Shown: piece after piece, positions 50,231 through 63,118 of the stretch
Layout: every line of letters starts with the position of its first letter
Position numbering within the stretch: position 1 is the first letter of the stretch
Assembly: GCA_012026655.1 (NCBI GenBank)
Contig: JAAILG010001477.1
Coordinates: forward strand, 1-64,000
DNA: 64,000 nt
Reading direction: 5' to 3'
Source: Hydrolagus affinis
Lineage: Eukaryota
The notes under the pieces: generated by a model
Seen by the model: the letters and a program-made list of their open reading frames with translations, nothing else
What the model was told of the DNA's origin: nothing
The model's database searches: none
Position numbers and translations under genes: made by a program

Positions 50231-51556
50231 GAAGTTATAGCAACCTGAAGCATTTAAACTAAATATCACCTTTAATAATACAGTTTTACATCATATGCAT
50301 AAAAGTACCAGCAAGTTCATCATGAACCTTGTTTTGCGGGTCCAGCAAATTCCATTCTTTTGTGAATGAAGAGTTTGAACAGTTTTTTTTACATTTGCAG
50401 TGTGCGACCATTTATTTTCAGGCTGCATTTAGGCAAGTTTCGTACAGGCTGGTTTCTTAGTGATGTGCAAACTCACTCTTATTAAAGAGCTACTGATTAC
50501 AAAATGCACCTATATGCAGGAAGAAGGGGCACAAAACTATCTTTTGTGCTGTAAACAAGATGATTTCTTTACAGAGTGGAAGCTCATGCTTAATAGAGGA
50601 AACAACAAATCCTCTTTGAGGAGTGGATTCGAGTCTTGGGCAGGTCCGAGAATACTTGCATTTGGCGTAGGTTTTCTGTACTGTTACAGAGCACAACCTA
50701 AAGGAAGCTTCAGTAAAAATTTTTTAAAAAGCACTAGTGACTTAAAATCAAGGAAAGGGCCCACAGCCTAAAAACAATTCCCTAATAAGAGCATGCAGCA
50801 CTGTTCTGATCTGCAAAGACTCAATTATTCATCAGTGTCTGTGATGTAGCTCAAACACAGTACAAGCAAAAGGGATTGTTGATTATGATTGTACTTTCAG
50901 AACACCTAAGGTCATTACCTCATCTCTTGTCATTGTGACACTCATTACATTTTATACATTATTGATTTGTGTAAAGATTGCAATTACTCTGAATAAAGCA
51001 GCAATTACAAGTAACTCAAGTCTTTTACCATACTGTAGTGTCATAGCAGTTCCTTTTGCCTGCATGACTGAGTCAGTCAATACGCCAACAGTTTACAATG
51101 ATTCAGCAAAAGGGACATTCCACTCCAAGGAATCAGGATCTTTCATGAATGACACCATTTTTCACATAGATGCTCATGTAGACAACCAAATTCACCCTGT
51201 GGATAGACATCCTACAAAGAAAGGGCAACAAAACAGCATCCTGACTTGTGATCCACAGACCTAGATGTGGCAGCTACAGTCAGCGGAGGACCATCTTCAT
51301 GGCATTTAAAAATTTACAGAGTGCATCACATAAAGGACATCAGTGTGTGACTAGATGCTGTTTACAGTTAAGCATTTCTACTGTGGTAAAGACAGCCATG
51401 ATTGTGGTGAGAATTTAGCTGACTATGTTTCAGTATGCTGCAATTTAAATATTTCATCCTCACAAAGGTCTGATAGATGGGTTGCAACTTTCAGTCCCCT
51501 CATAACCCCCAAAGTTTCAGGATCCTGCTCGCTGCCAAGTGCAAGGCCGCTCAAGT

Positions 51557-51705
51557 TCAGGTGTACCTCGGCATTTCACACTGTTCACAGCGATTCAGCG
51601 CTGGGTGGTTGAGAAAGGTGCAACTGTTACAATTCCATGGGGCACCTTCAAAATCTTCATCTCTTTGATGAGGCCTTGGACTGTACTTCATAGCGTGACT
51701 GTGCT
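51557..51705 (-). CDS. TAB3: TAB3 terminal coding exon, NZF (RanBP2-type) zinc finger
   Basis: ttttaatgcag acceptor. (E)[48 protein letters not shown], near-identical to the human TAB3 C-terminus (TAB2 ends ...MPRHF). Confidence 0.98.
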
Positions 51706-52242
51706 CTGCATTAAAAGTGAAACCAAATTTAGACAATATGACAAAGGCAAAGGAATTTCATGAAAATTAACATGATCTCCCCATTCAGTTTCCAAGAATA
51801 CTGAAAAAGATTTTAAGATACAAGAATGACAAAAGCAGTACAAACAATCTAATGTTTAACATGTAAAACAATGTTTTCAGCATCATCTCAATCACTTCCA
51901 AATAAATAAATGCTCCTTCCAGATGATCGAAGTTTGAAAGGCCATCAAAAATACTGTCGACTGTTTCTCACACTTCAAATTAACACAGTAAAACATTTTG
52001 CTGCATTTGTCAAACTTCACTAAAACTCAAGTGACAAAATTCAAACGAGTCAAAAGAACAGTCATTCAATTATCAGACTTTAACCATAAACTGAGATCAG
52101 AATGGTTATCATTTGCAGCCAAAAACTCAAGAGACATCAAATTTAAGAAGAAACATGGCCATATTCTTGTAACTCTGCCCAGTTGATTGAAACCGGTAAG
52201 CACTCTAGTAAACTGCATTGTGTAGAGGTTAAACAGTTAGTA

Positions 52243-52976
52243 CAGTAAAAGTCACCACCCGAGGGACCTGGCCAATGCCGGTTAAAGTGCCTGCCGGATA
52301 TTTGGGCAGCCGAAAACCCACACAAAAAAATTAAAGTTCTTTTAACACACACCATACACAGCAGACTAAATAATAACAGATAATAACAGAATATTGTATT
52401 GGTACTTATTGTTAAAACTACTCTCTTGCGCTTCTCACCTTTACTGATTGAGGTTTACAGTCCAATGATTCTTTTTTAAATAGAGGACACCAAGCGGGTG
52501 AAAAAAACGGCAGCATGATTTTAAAGTCTCGCGACTTTACTAGCGGCAAGCCGATACCCCTAGATAGCCCTAGACCCGACTAGCGGCAAACCAAAATACT
52601 GCACCTGCGCGACAATATGGGTGATTGGCTAGCATTATCGGCTTGCCGCTACTATGGCTTTAAAGTCACGCTCCGTTTTATTCATCTGATTGGCGTGCTC
52701 CATTTTAAAAAGAACCGCTGGACTATAAATCTCAACCGCAGCATCATGGCTTCAAGCGCAGCATCTACTAGTAAAGGTGAGAAGCGCAAGAGAGTAGTTT
52801 TAACAATAAGTACCAATAGAATATTATGTTATTATGTTATTATTTATGCATTTACAAATGCTCCACTGCTATTGTGCCGGATAAGTTCCGGTTTATCGAA
52901 TGGGGACTTTTTTCGGGGCGTGCCTGTTATACGGAAGTGGCGGTTCATCAAGTCACGGATAAACGGGCTTCTACTG
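52243..52976 (+). mobile_element. Internally deleted pogo/Tigger transposon retaining the transposase N-terminus
   Basis: TA|CAGTAAAAG ... GGATAAACGGGCTTCTACTG|TA. The ATG at 52746 gives MASSAASTSKGEKRKRVVLTI. Confidence 0.85.
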
Positions 52977-53322
52977 TACTGCTTAGATGGGAGTTGGGTC
53001 CTCAGTGGCTAAATCTATTGAAAGGTGAAGTCAGCCATACAAACGGTCAAGATCCTAGGTTTGATTCTCTGATTGGTTTCAATTTAACTGATCTGAGCCT
53101 TGAGGCCAATTCATCTCAGCGACTCAAGATGAGGGAGAAATTTTTCATTAAGGTGGCACCTGTGGAATTATATGCCAGCATGGGTCACCATTTTCTGGAG
53201 AGGGGAGAAAATAATTACACTGCTGAAATATACTGAGGCAAATAAATTTAGCAATGGGTGACTGATCCAAGAACCAGATCATTGCATATGGACACTAAAC
53301 AGAGTCTTGTAGTTTAGTTGGT

Positions 53323-53797
53323 GGAGTCCTGTAGCTCAGTACAGTAAAAGCCCATTTATCTGGCACTCGATCAATCATATCAGTATAACCGGCATCGCAA
53401 AAAAAACAGGTCCACATTCGATTAACCGGAATTTATCCGGAATTATTATTTTATTTTTTTAAATTGCGTTTTTGGCCGAATATCGGGCACGCGCTTTAAC
53501 CGGCATTGGCCAGGTCTGGATAAATGGACTTTTACTGTAATTAGAGCACTCATCTCACAAGAGAGAGACCTGGGTTCAATTCCCAGTAGTGTCAAACTTT
53601 GTGCAAGTTTCCTTACTCCACACACCTGATAATAATCCCTCAAAAAAAATTGTTTATGGGACACTGCTATGCGCAATTGGCAGATGCATTTTGCCAACAA
53701 ATATAGTCAATTCACTTTACGGTATATTCCGTGAAGCGCTTTGAGACATCTAGGAGATGTGAAAAGCACTACTTCAAATGCAAGGATTATTATTATT
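53323..53797 (+). mobile_element. tRNA-derived SINE with a Tigger MITE (53342-53537) inserted in its head
   Basis: ggagtcctgtagctcag|TA-CAGTAAAAGCCCATTTATC...GATAAATGGACTTTTACTG-TA|attagagcactc...gcaaggattattatt. Confidence 0.92.
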
Positions 53798-53994
53798 AGA
53801 TAGTGCTGGTCACACAATTTCTTGCCGTACTTCGCTTTACCAAGCATTAATACACTAAATTGTAGAAAATGTAATTTAACTGAAATAAGATTTTGTGTCA
53901 GCAAAAATGCCAAAGAACTCAAGTAGGAAATTTATTCTACTTAATGAATATATCAATGTTCTCCGCTCTTAAAAGTGCCAACTCTTTCTAGGTA

Positions 53995-54930
53995 CACAAC
54001 ATTACCTTTGTAAAGCACCTTTCACATCAGGAGGACGACCCAATACACTAAACATTAAGGGGTCAGGATCTGAGCATAGGTGGGGGGGAGGGGGGGGGAA
54101 GGTTGGACGGGGTTGCATTGAGGGAGGGCAGATATAGGATGGCTGCTGAAGGCACGGTTGAAAAGGAGGGTTTTGAGACCGTCTTGAAGGAGGTAAGGGA
54201 GGCAGCAAGGCGAAAAGATTGTGGGATGGAGTTCCAAAGCTTAGAGGTGGAGAGGTTGAAAGTCCAGCCACCAATGGTAGGGCGGGAGACATGGAAGAGG
54301 CCAGAGCTTGCTGAATGGAGGGAGCAGACAGGTTGAAAGAGGGTCAGCAGGTCAGAGAGGTAGGAGAGAGCAAGGCTGTAGAGGGCCTTGAAAGTAAGGA
54401 TAGGGATTTTGAATTTGATCCTCTGAGGAATGGAGAACGAGAGGAGCCAGGCGAGCGTGGGGGTGATGGGGTCACAGAGCCTGATGCAGGAAAGGACATG
54501 AGCTCCGTAGAGTTTTAGATGATCTGCAGTTTGTGGTGGGAAGAGTTGGCGAGGCCGTCAAGGAGGGAATTGTCGTGGTTGTGCCTTGAGGTGACAAACA
54601 CATATGTAAGGGTTTCAGCGGCCTGAGGGGTGAGGCAGTAGTGGAGATGGGTGATGTTACGTAGGTGGTGGAAGACAGTGCTGTTCATGGCACGGATTTG
54701 GGAAGAAAGGACAGTTCAGGGTCAAACAAGTCGCCCAGGTTCCTGACCAGCTTGGTGAGGTGGAGTGTGCATCCGTGGATGCCGATGCTGCCAGTGGCTG
54801 AGGTGCGGAGGCGTTGGCGAGAGCCAAACAGTAGGGCCTTGGTTTTGCTGAGATTCAGCTGTAGAAAGTTGTCGCTCATCCATGGAGTGATGTCTGACAG
54901 GCAGTTCATCAGGATGCCATTTCTCTCTTA
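53995..54930 (-). mobile_element. L2 LINE 3' fragment
   Basis: ORF 54685-54909 contains CLSDITPWMSDNFLQLNLSKTKALLFGS. Tail at 53995. Confidence 0.9.
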
Positions 54931-54959
54931 TCAGGGCAGTTGAAGTCAATCAGAAGACC

Positions 54960-55583
54960 CCCAACTGCTCCCCTGTTAACACTTATACACGCCTTCGTCA
55001 CATCTAAGCTCGACTATGGGAACTCTCTCCTTGTCGGCCTTCCCAGCTCCTCCCTTCACAGGCTGCAGAACATTCAGAAATCTGCAGCTTGTAAACTCTC
55101 CCGCACTAGGCTCCGCGACATCACTCCCACCCTTGCTTGTCTCCACTGGCTCCCCATCCCCCAGAGGATCGAATTCAAGATCCTCGTCCTCACCTTCAAG
55201 GCCACTCCCCGCCTATCTCTCTGACCTGCTGTTTCTCTATCAGCCTGCCCGCCCCCTCCGTTCAGGAGACTCAGGCCTGTTCCGCGTCCACCGCCCTAAC
55301 CATCGGCAGCCGGGCTTTCAGCCTCTCTGCTCTCACACTGTGGAACTCCATCCTGCAGCCCGTCCGCCTTGTTTCCTCCCTTTCCTCCTTAAAGGCCGGT
55401 CTCAAGACCTTCCTCTTCGACAGCGCCTTCGGCTCCCCCACTAACTCTTCCCCCTCTCCTTCCCCCTACCCCAAGCCTCCCCACACCATGGCTTGGGTCC
55501 CGACCTGACTGTTCAGCGCTTTGGGATGTCCTCCCGACGAGAAAGGCGCTTTATAAGTGCAATTTTGTTGTTGTTGTTGTTGT
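54960..55583 (+). mobile_element. L2 LINE 3' fragment
   Basis: TLIHAFVTSKLDYGNSLL...LHWLPIPQRIEFK...LWNS...LKTFLF, and a (ttg)n tail at 55565-55583. Confidence 0.92.
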
Positions 55584-56099
55584 TAAGATCAGCCAACTCA
55601 GCACAGAACTGAAACAAACCATGCAACCTTATAATGTATATGCCTTCTCCTACCGGATCAACCAGAAGATCTACATTTTATTAAAAATGCAATGGAGCAT
55701 TTCGGCAACATAGAAAAAAGAAGTATTTCTAAGCCAATTCCTAAACTCAACATGTTTTAAATTAAAAGGAGATGGATATGTCTAGAATGCATTATCATTA
55801 GCTGATTCAATACCCATTGAAACTTTCTGAAATCACACACACTTTGAAAAAAAAAGTACGTTAAGTTATTCAGGACATTGATTTCTAAATACTGTAGAAT
55901 TTTCTTCAATACCTTCAACCTCATCCTCAGTTGAGTGTTCCCAGAGATTTCTAAGATGACCTGAACTCTGCTCATTCGATTACCTGCATCTTCCATTCAG
56001 AAGCTGCAATCTATCCAGAACTCCTGTCCATTCCCGCACTCGGTCCACAAGCTGACTGACCAACTCCATCCTGGATTCCTATAGAGTATTGATTATACA

Positions 56100-56440
56100 G
56101 CACTCAGAAGTGAGAGCACACAGGTATGATTCCCAGGCAGGAGGAAAGGTTAGGCAAGTTTCCTTAGTCCACACACTCCTGTTTACCTAGCTAAGTAGGA
56201 ACCCGGTTGTTAAGTGATTGGCAGAACGCTATTCCGGGGGTAATAATCCCTTAAAAAATGATGATAATTTGGTCATTCAGTCCACGACTGTTTCTGGGAC
56301 TCTGCTGCGCACAATTCGCCGTCTGGATTCGCCCACAGAATATACCATCAATTCACTTTACAGTATTTCCTCTGAAGCGTTTTGAAGTGTCTCAAAGACA
56401 TAATAAAGATCTATATCAAATGCAAAAAAATTATTATTAT
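56100..56440 (+). mobile_element. tRNA-derived SINE variant
   Basis: ggcaagtttccttagtccacac core, ttggtcattcagtccacgactg, and tail ctatatcaaatgcaa...ttattatt. Confidence 0.8.
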
Positions 56441-57450
56441 TTATCAGCAATCCCAATGATACAGATTAAGATGTTAAATCTGATCAGTAATCCATCATTC
56501 CACTAATAAAGCTTCCAGGTCACTCCTTGGCTTTTTAAAATAATTACATCTTTGTTTTAATTAAACATTAAACAATCACCTGGGTCAAAAAATAATTCAA
56601 CTCATTAATCCTCAGTATTAAATGGACTCCCTTCAAAGAATATTCAATGAGTCTGTGTGTTATTCTGTTTGAATGACATTGTCATATACCCTCCCACCTC
56701 CTCCCACAAAAATACTTATAATGTCCCAACCATTAGGTCAAACATGCTAACTGTTACTAATTGAATACAACCCACAAAATATACAGTCAATTCGCTTTAC
56801 AGTATATTCTGTGAGCATTTTGAGATGTCTGAACAAATGGAAGGATTATTATTATTACAATACATTATGCCCTGGTAGATATCCTGGACAATCAGTACTG
56901 TAATCCGATAGGTCAAAAATATAATAAACTATCAACTTCATACGTAAACTTCCTACAGTGAATATGCTGCAGTTAGTAAAACATAAAGAGATCATCAGGA
57001 AACACGAATAGTTCTGTGCCAAATTCATTGTAACAAACAATTGCAGTTTTTAATCTTGAGGAAATACAATACAAAAAAATGAGAAATTGAAAATTTTAAA
57101 TATTGACACTGTCCTTAGATATTTAATTCTGTAAAATATTTTGAAGATAAGCCCTGCTAATAAACCAACCAAGCAATACACATATCTATATAAAAAAACT
57201 TTAAAATTATGGTGTTGAAAATAAAGCAAGCATTTTACGTAATTACACAGTACTGAAGATAACACTGCAAAGTTAACGAAAAGAACAATCAAAAGGTTTT
57301 CCTGATTTCATGCAGTTTTCAGACTTTGAAAGGGCTAAGCAAAAAAAATCATATTGCTTTAAAACACATTCCGGATTGGTCCTTTTGCCTGATTAACTGT
57401 GAATATCTACTCCAATCTGGTTATCAGGTGATATTCACGGAAGTACCCAC

Positions 57451-57546
57451 CCTCAGCTGGAGCAGCCTGGGAATCACAGGAGTCCTTCTTTAACTTTGAG
57501 GTCACACTAATTTTCCTTGCTTTTCTTTCTAGAGTATCTGAAGGGT
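57451..57546 (-). CDS. TAB3: TAB3 penultimate coding exon (96 nt, phase 1-1)
   Basis: cttgtacag acceptor and AGG|gtgggt donor. (D)PSDTLERKARKISVTSKLKKDSCDSQAAPAE, compared with human ...IERKARRISVTSKVQADIHDTQAAA. Confidence 0.92.
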
Positions 57547-59029
57547 CTGTACAAGACAAGTCATGAAGATTGAGAGGGATAAAGGAGCAAGCCTCCAGTA
57601 ACCTAAAACATAACCCCAAACAAATAGAAAAGACACCACCACTAGATACAGTAGAAACATATTTCTTAACTGCTTATCTACCCATTTCATACCACTGTAA
57701 TAAACTACTGATGAAGAGAAACCCAACACAAAAACAGAACAACTGAAAGTTCCAGAAAACCCAAGATTCATGCACAGTCAGTCAATCAATCCTTTACAAA
57801 CACTTCTGGCGGGATAGCACTAAGGCTAGAAAACAAATTTTTTCAGTGAATTTGATAGATAGATTCTGCACTTTTTTTCTTTGCAAATAATGGAATAAAT
57901 AAACATTATAAGAAAGTCCAATTCAAGGATATTGTTTGCTGAATGTTGTATTTCATTTGGAGGACTATTTTATTGCCAATACGCTTATAATATATTGAAT
58001 ATCTGTAATATATTGAATGGAACAAAGTTAAAAATCGGACACAATTGGTTTCAAGACATCGCAAATGCCCTGCAAACAATTTTAACAAAACATTCCAAAA
58101 CGTTTTAACATGGCTATGTTATAATATAGTGAACAGATGAAGCTTTTTTTTGAAGGCACAAGTTAAATTTCAGAAGATTCTGTGAAACTGAGTTATCCAT
58201 TAGCTAGGATAAGATCTTACCCCAAAAACCTGTACCTTAGAATTGAGCAATGATGACTAGAATACACACAAGAATGGTTTTAATTGGTATAGTTCTGTTT
58301 CAATTAAAATACACTAACCATCGGCAAAATTACCAAAGCAGTTGTCAGTTAAGTTTAAAATTGTCTTAAAGCTGAAACTGTGAACAGATGTATTTTAGTT
58401 TCTACCAGCCGTATGCAATTTTTAATGTGATACTCTCAAATTTAAAAGTTGCCCCAAGGAGCCCCTAAATCTACTCACTCCTCCTGTGGATTTTGAAAAA
58501 AAAGTTTGGTGATCCATTACATGTAGCACATTAAAACTAACAAAAGTAGTCAACAGTTCCCATTTTATTTGTGCCAATAATTCCCCATTAATTTCCTCAT
58601 TCTTGACTTTCATTCACTATTTCACATCTTATTCCTTAACCAAGACAAGAGCTAGCTGCCATACTCCGAGTGTCTTATGCTTTAGGTTATCACTACATTT
58701 GCCATTTTATTCTCCTTTTATTACAATGAAAGCATGTATTATTTTAGTAATTTAGTAAAAGCGGGATCTCAATGTGTGAATTCCATGAGAAAACTGTTTT
58801 TGTTTAATTGTGCAGTACATTTGTACACAACGTGTTCCCACCCAATTATAACAACAATGGCACACACGTTGTTTGATAACTATGGTTATCACTGCAAGTA
58901 TACTTGCATATAAAGAATAATATTTCTATTCAGCAAGTGATAGTTCACAATCAATCAAACCATGGTAGATCAATTTCAATGTAATGCAGCACAAACTTGT
59001 TTTAAAAAATAGAATGTATATGATGTTCA

Positions 59030-60037
59030 TGGAAAAGCATTAACATGGATAGAAAGTTGATTAAAGGATAGGAAACAAGAGGGTGACAGTACAGGGTTGT
59101 TATTCGCAATGTATAGATGTAAATAGTGCTGTCTCCCCCAGGGTCAGTGTTAGAACCATTCATTTCTCCATTTATATAAAATTATCTGGATTCTGGAAAA
59201 AGGAGCACATTTTCTAAATTTACAGATAACATGAAAATAGTAGGTGTACTTAACAATGAAGATTGCAAACAACTTCAGGAAGACAGATTGGTTCATTGGG
59301 CAGAGAAATGGCAAATAAAATTTAATGCAGACAAATGTGGGAGGAAGAATAAGAACAAGTATATGTTAGATGGTATATTAAAAAGGAGTTGTATTGCAAA
59401 AAAATATTGGGGATTAAGGCACATCATCCTTGAAGGATTAAGGGAAGGCAGTTGGGCAAAACTGTCAAAAGCTATTGAAATCTTGGTTTTTGTAAATACG
59501 GATAAAGAATATTATAGGAAAGAGGTAATGCTAAACTTATACAAATCATTAGTTAAACCACAGTTAGAATATTGGTCGCCCTACCTTAGGAAAGATGTCA
59601 AGGTGATAGGAGTACAGAGAGTATTATGAGGATGATATCGGGGATATTAGTGGTTGGGCCCAGAATTGGAGACTGAACGGACGTGCCCGCCGGAACAAAG
59701 ACGGCTGAGCGGTGACCTACTTCATAGAGGTCTTTAAAATTATAAGGGATTTTGAGAGTCAACAGGGAGAAAATATGGTTGGGGAATCAATAATTAGAAG
59801 GCAACAATTTAAGATAGTTAGTAAATGAACAAACAGGATATTTCACAGACAGGATATAGAATGCCTTGCTGAGAGCAGTGGTTGAGGCAAAATATATATT
59901 GGTCTTCAAGAGGGAACTAGATAGATACCTTGAATACATTTAGCTACAGGAGGTATGGGGAAAGAGCAGGTACATTGGATTGTAGGGATTACTTTTGAGG
60001 TAGATTGGCCTTCTTCTGTGCTGTAAGTTTCTATGGT
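59030..60037 (+). mobile_element. CR1 LINE 3' about 1 kb (degraded RT)
   Basis: ccccagggtcagtgttag (PQGSVL), KFTDNMKI, WAEKWQIKFNADKC, LNLYKSLVKPQLEY, and a 3' UTR ending gtttctatg. Confidence 0.92.
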
Positions 60038-61926
60038 TCCAAATGTTGTTGCACAATTTATTTCCCAGTTTTAGCTCACTGTCTTATATTGTGCTCACTA
60101 CCTTATCAAATTAACATTGGACCACAATCTGCAAAGGTGGAAGAATGTCACCATATTCAAAAAGATGGATCAAAAAATGTCATAATGAATCAGAAAACAA
60201 ATGTAGCCCATCAGAATTACCAATAGTACAGAATTGCAAAATATCCACTCCCAATTTACTAATGAAAGCCACAGAAGTTATCCCAATTGATTTAGAGAAC
60301 ACAAGAATATGAAAACTTCTTCAACCAGATGAATAATACTGTAAAAGCATTCCAGATAGCTATGCTATGTATTTGTTCTAATATATGCAGTTTTAATGAC
60401 TATCATATGGAAATTGAAGCAAAGTGTTTTGTTTGTTGGATGCCAAAGACAGAGGAGAAAATCTGAATGCCTACAGTGAGTGTAAATATCCCCTGGTAAC
60501 AGGTTACAATTTACAATACATTCTGGTTTAATCCAGAGATACACAGTAATCTTCTGCTGTCTGATCAAACATACACATGCCAAACCTCTACTAAATCAAC
60601 TCTACTTCATGACATGCCTGCCTATCAATTGAAAAACATGCCTGTTTTTCATTGGAACTTTGGTGGATCTTAAGTTAAATGAGGAAGAAGGCAAAAAATA
60701 CACACTGTATATATATTATATATATCATATATATTATAATAGATATATGTATAATATAGAGCATTCTAGTATTTTGGAAGTGTGAAATATATCTCTGCAT
60801 TTGTGTGTTTTGAAACAAAAACACAAATGAAGAGCTTCACAGCTGTACATAATTGAGAGTTACAGCTTAATATTGAAATGGTGTTACTTGTGCTGAATGC
60901 TTTTTATCATTAAAAACAACCTGCTTCTATATAGCATCTTCTATGTAAAATATATAGTGATTTATAAAATATAAGTCTTTAGAAATGAAAGCACATTTTA
61001 TTTGGTGAGCCAATCTATGCCAACAATGTTCCACAAACAACTAGTTTAGTAGTGAATTAATTTGAATTTGGTGCTAAATGTGGATAAGGAAGGAAATTTA
61101 AGTTACGATAACCAAGAGAAATACTCCAGTTTTCTTGAAAATAGAATTGGCAGTGCAGGCAGACCCTTTACATCCACTTTAACAATCCAAATAGTGCCCA
61201 AATGAACACAATCCATAATGAAATGTTGATGTGGATACTCAATCAATGTGTGTATTCTATAATAAAAACATAAGAACAATATATACACATATATTATATA
61301 TAATTATTATATAGACACACACTAGGAAAAAGGCCTTTTGATTTCATCCTTCCAGAGTAACAACACTAGTCTACCTATTAGAGCATTGAGATTTCCAAAA
61401 TGAGTTCCATTGTACTGGCTTCACCAATCCTTTCTGATAAACTGTTTCAGCAATGAGTTACACTTCGTGTATAGGATTATTTTGTTTCTGCCCTAAACTG
61501 ATTCTTCATAACTTTTAACTAGTTCCTCTTTTGGAGTATCAAAATACTGTTCCAAGTTTATTACTGTTCCAGACTTTATTGGATCTGTTAAGAATATCTA
61601 TAAAAACATTGATGGTTCTCACTATCAAAATGATTATTAATCACTAGCATGTGATCTCTGCAGGGAAGTCTTCATGCGGAACTCAGCTAAAGACTGGAAT
61701 GGGCTAGTTTTAAATCAATCTTGGCTAAATTGAATAGGAATACACAGAATCAACACTGTATACTCCTTTTCTGATGTGTGTGGAAGAAATAGGAAGGCAA
61801 TAACTAGGATAGGCATTTTCTAATCCATAGTGCTATCCCTGGTACAGATAGAGCCAAAAGAACCCGAAGAATTTACAAGGAAAAAAAACAAACCCAACAA
61901 TGTGCATTATTCTGTAAATAACTTAC

Positions 61927-62019
61927 CTTTTTTGCTAGACTTTGGGGGAACAGCTCCTACAGGACCAGTTAGTCCCATATTGTCATAAAAATTGTTCATG
62001 GCTTTTGGATCAAAGTTCC
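61927..62019 (-). CDS. TAB3: TAB3 coding exon (93 nt, phase 1-1)
   Basis: ctctttcag acceptor and AAG|gtaagt donor. (G)NFDPKAMNNFYDNMGLTGPVGAVPPKSSKK, compared with human GNFDPKAMNNFYDNIEPGPVVPPKPSKK. Upstream exons lie outside the window. Confidence 0.97.
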
Positions 62020-62430
62020 CTGAAAGAGATCAAAACATTTTAAAAATTACAAAGCAAAGTTGTTTCTTCATTAAAATTATATTCAATATGGATTCAAAGT
62101 ATGTAAACAAAGTAGCTAATAGTTTTATAATACTCTTCTTTGTTGCTTCAATCTAAATGTGCTGTTATTAAATTCAGGTTGTTCGATGCTCACAAACATT
62201 GTATTTGAGAGGTTTTCCTTCACAATTAAGTAAAACTACTTTTAAACGAAAAATTCCTATCAAATCTCAATGAATTTTCATGAACACAAAACAACATTGA
62301 TTGACATTTGCAGTGATGGAATAAGTCTCCCTTTTGTACAAAGAATGCCAGCAACCACCACATCAGATCATACAATGGCATGAACAGATGAAGTCACAAT
62401 AATGAGGGATGTGCTGGCTATACTCTAAAG

Positions 62431-63118
62431 CAGTGGTTCTCAACTTATTTCAGTGATGTACCCCTTGTTAATTTCAACATTATCGTGTACCCCCGCTCAA
62501 CCATATACACACACCACCACCACCCTCATTCCACTTGCATTTTATGACCAAGCTTTTCTTATATACAGTAGAAGCCCATTTATCCGTGACCCGATTAACC
62601 GGATTACTCGACCCCTTCCCGGGGCAATTCCCCATTCCAGCAATCGAGAGTATGCTCAATTTGAGCATGTGCGCAATGCATGTGCACTTATTAAACTTAT
62701 GAACTTGGAGGTTTTACCGATCGGTAAAAAATGCTTTTTTACAGATTTGTTTTACTGAGTGTGCTGAAATCTTTATTGGTAAGTAGCTATACAATATTCT
62801 GTTACTATTTAGTATATTATTAATATAGTATGCTTTAAAATAAGTAAATTTTTTGTGTTGGGTTTTCAGCAACTTGCCGCCTGATTATCTGGCACAGTCA
62901 ATTAGTCGACCCCCCTGAGCGTGCCGGATAAACGGGCTTCTACTGTAACAAAATAACCAGCACATACAAAACAAGGGGAATAACAATTAAATATACAATT
63001 TGGAAGGCTATAAAACGTTAAATATGAGAGCTAAATAAATCAATGTACCGCCACCTGTACCCCTTGGAAGTAATTTTGTACCCCCTGGGGTACATGTACC
63101 CCTGGTTGAGAACCGCTG
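62431..63118. mobile_element. hAT-Charlie-like MITE with a perfect 8-bp TSD
   Basis: ctctaaag|CAGTGGTTCTCAAC ... GTTGAGAACCGCTG|ctctaaag. Confidence 0.93.
62566..62945. mobile_element. Tigger/pogo MITE nested in the hAT element
   Basis: TA|CAGTAGAAGCCCATTTATCCG ... CGGATAAACGGGCTTCTACTG|TA. Confidence 0.92.

Noticed and set aside
51557-62019. TAB2 as the identity of the minus-strand gene
   Set aside because: NFDPKAMNNFYDN, ERKARKISVTSK and the ...MPRYT* terminus, plus the GK neighbourhood, indicate TAB3.
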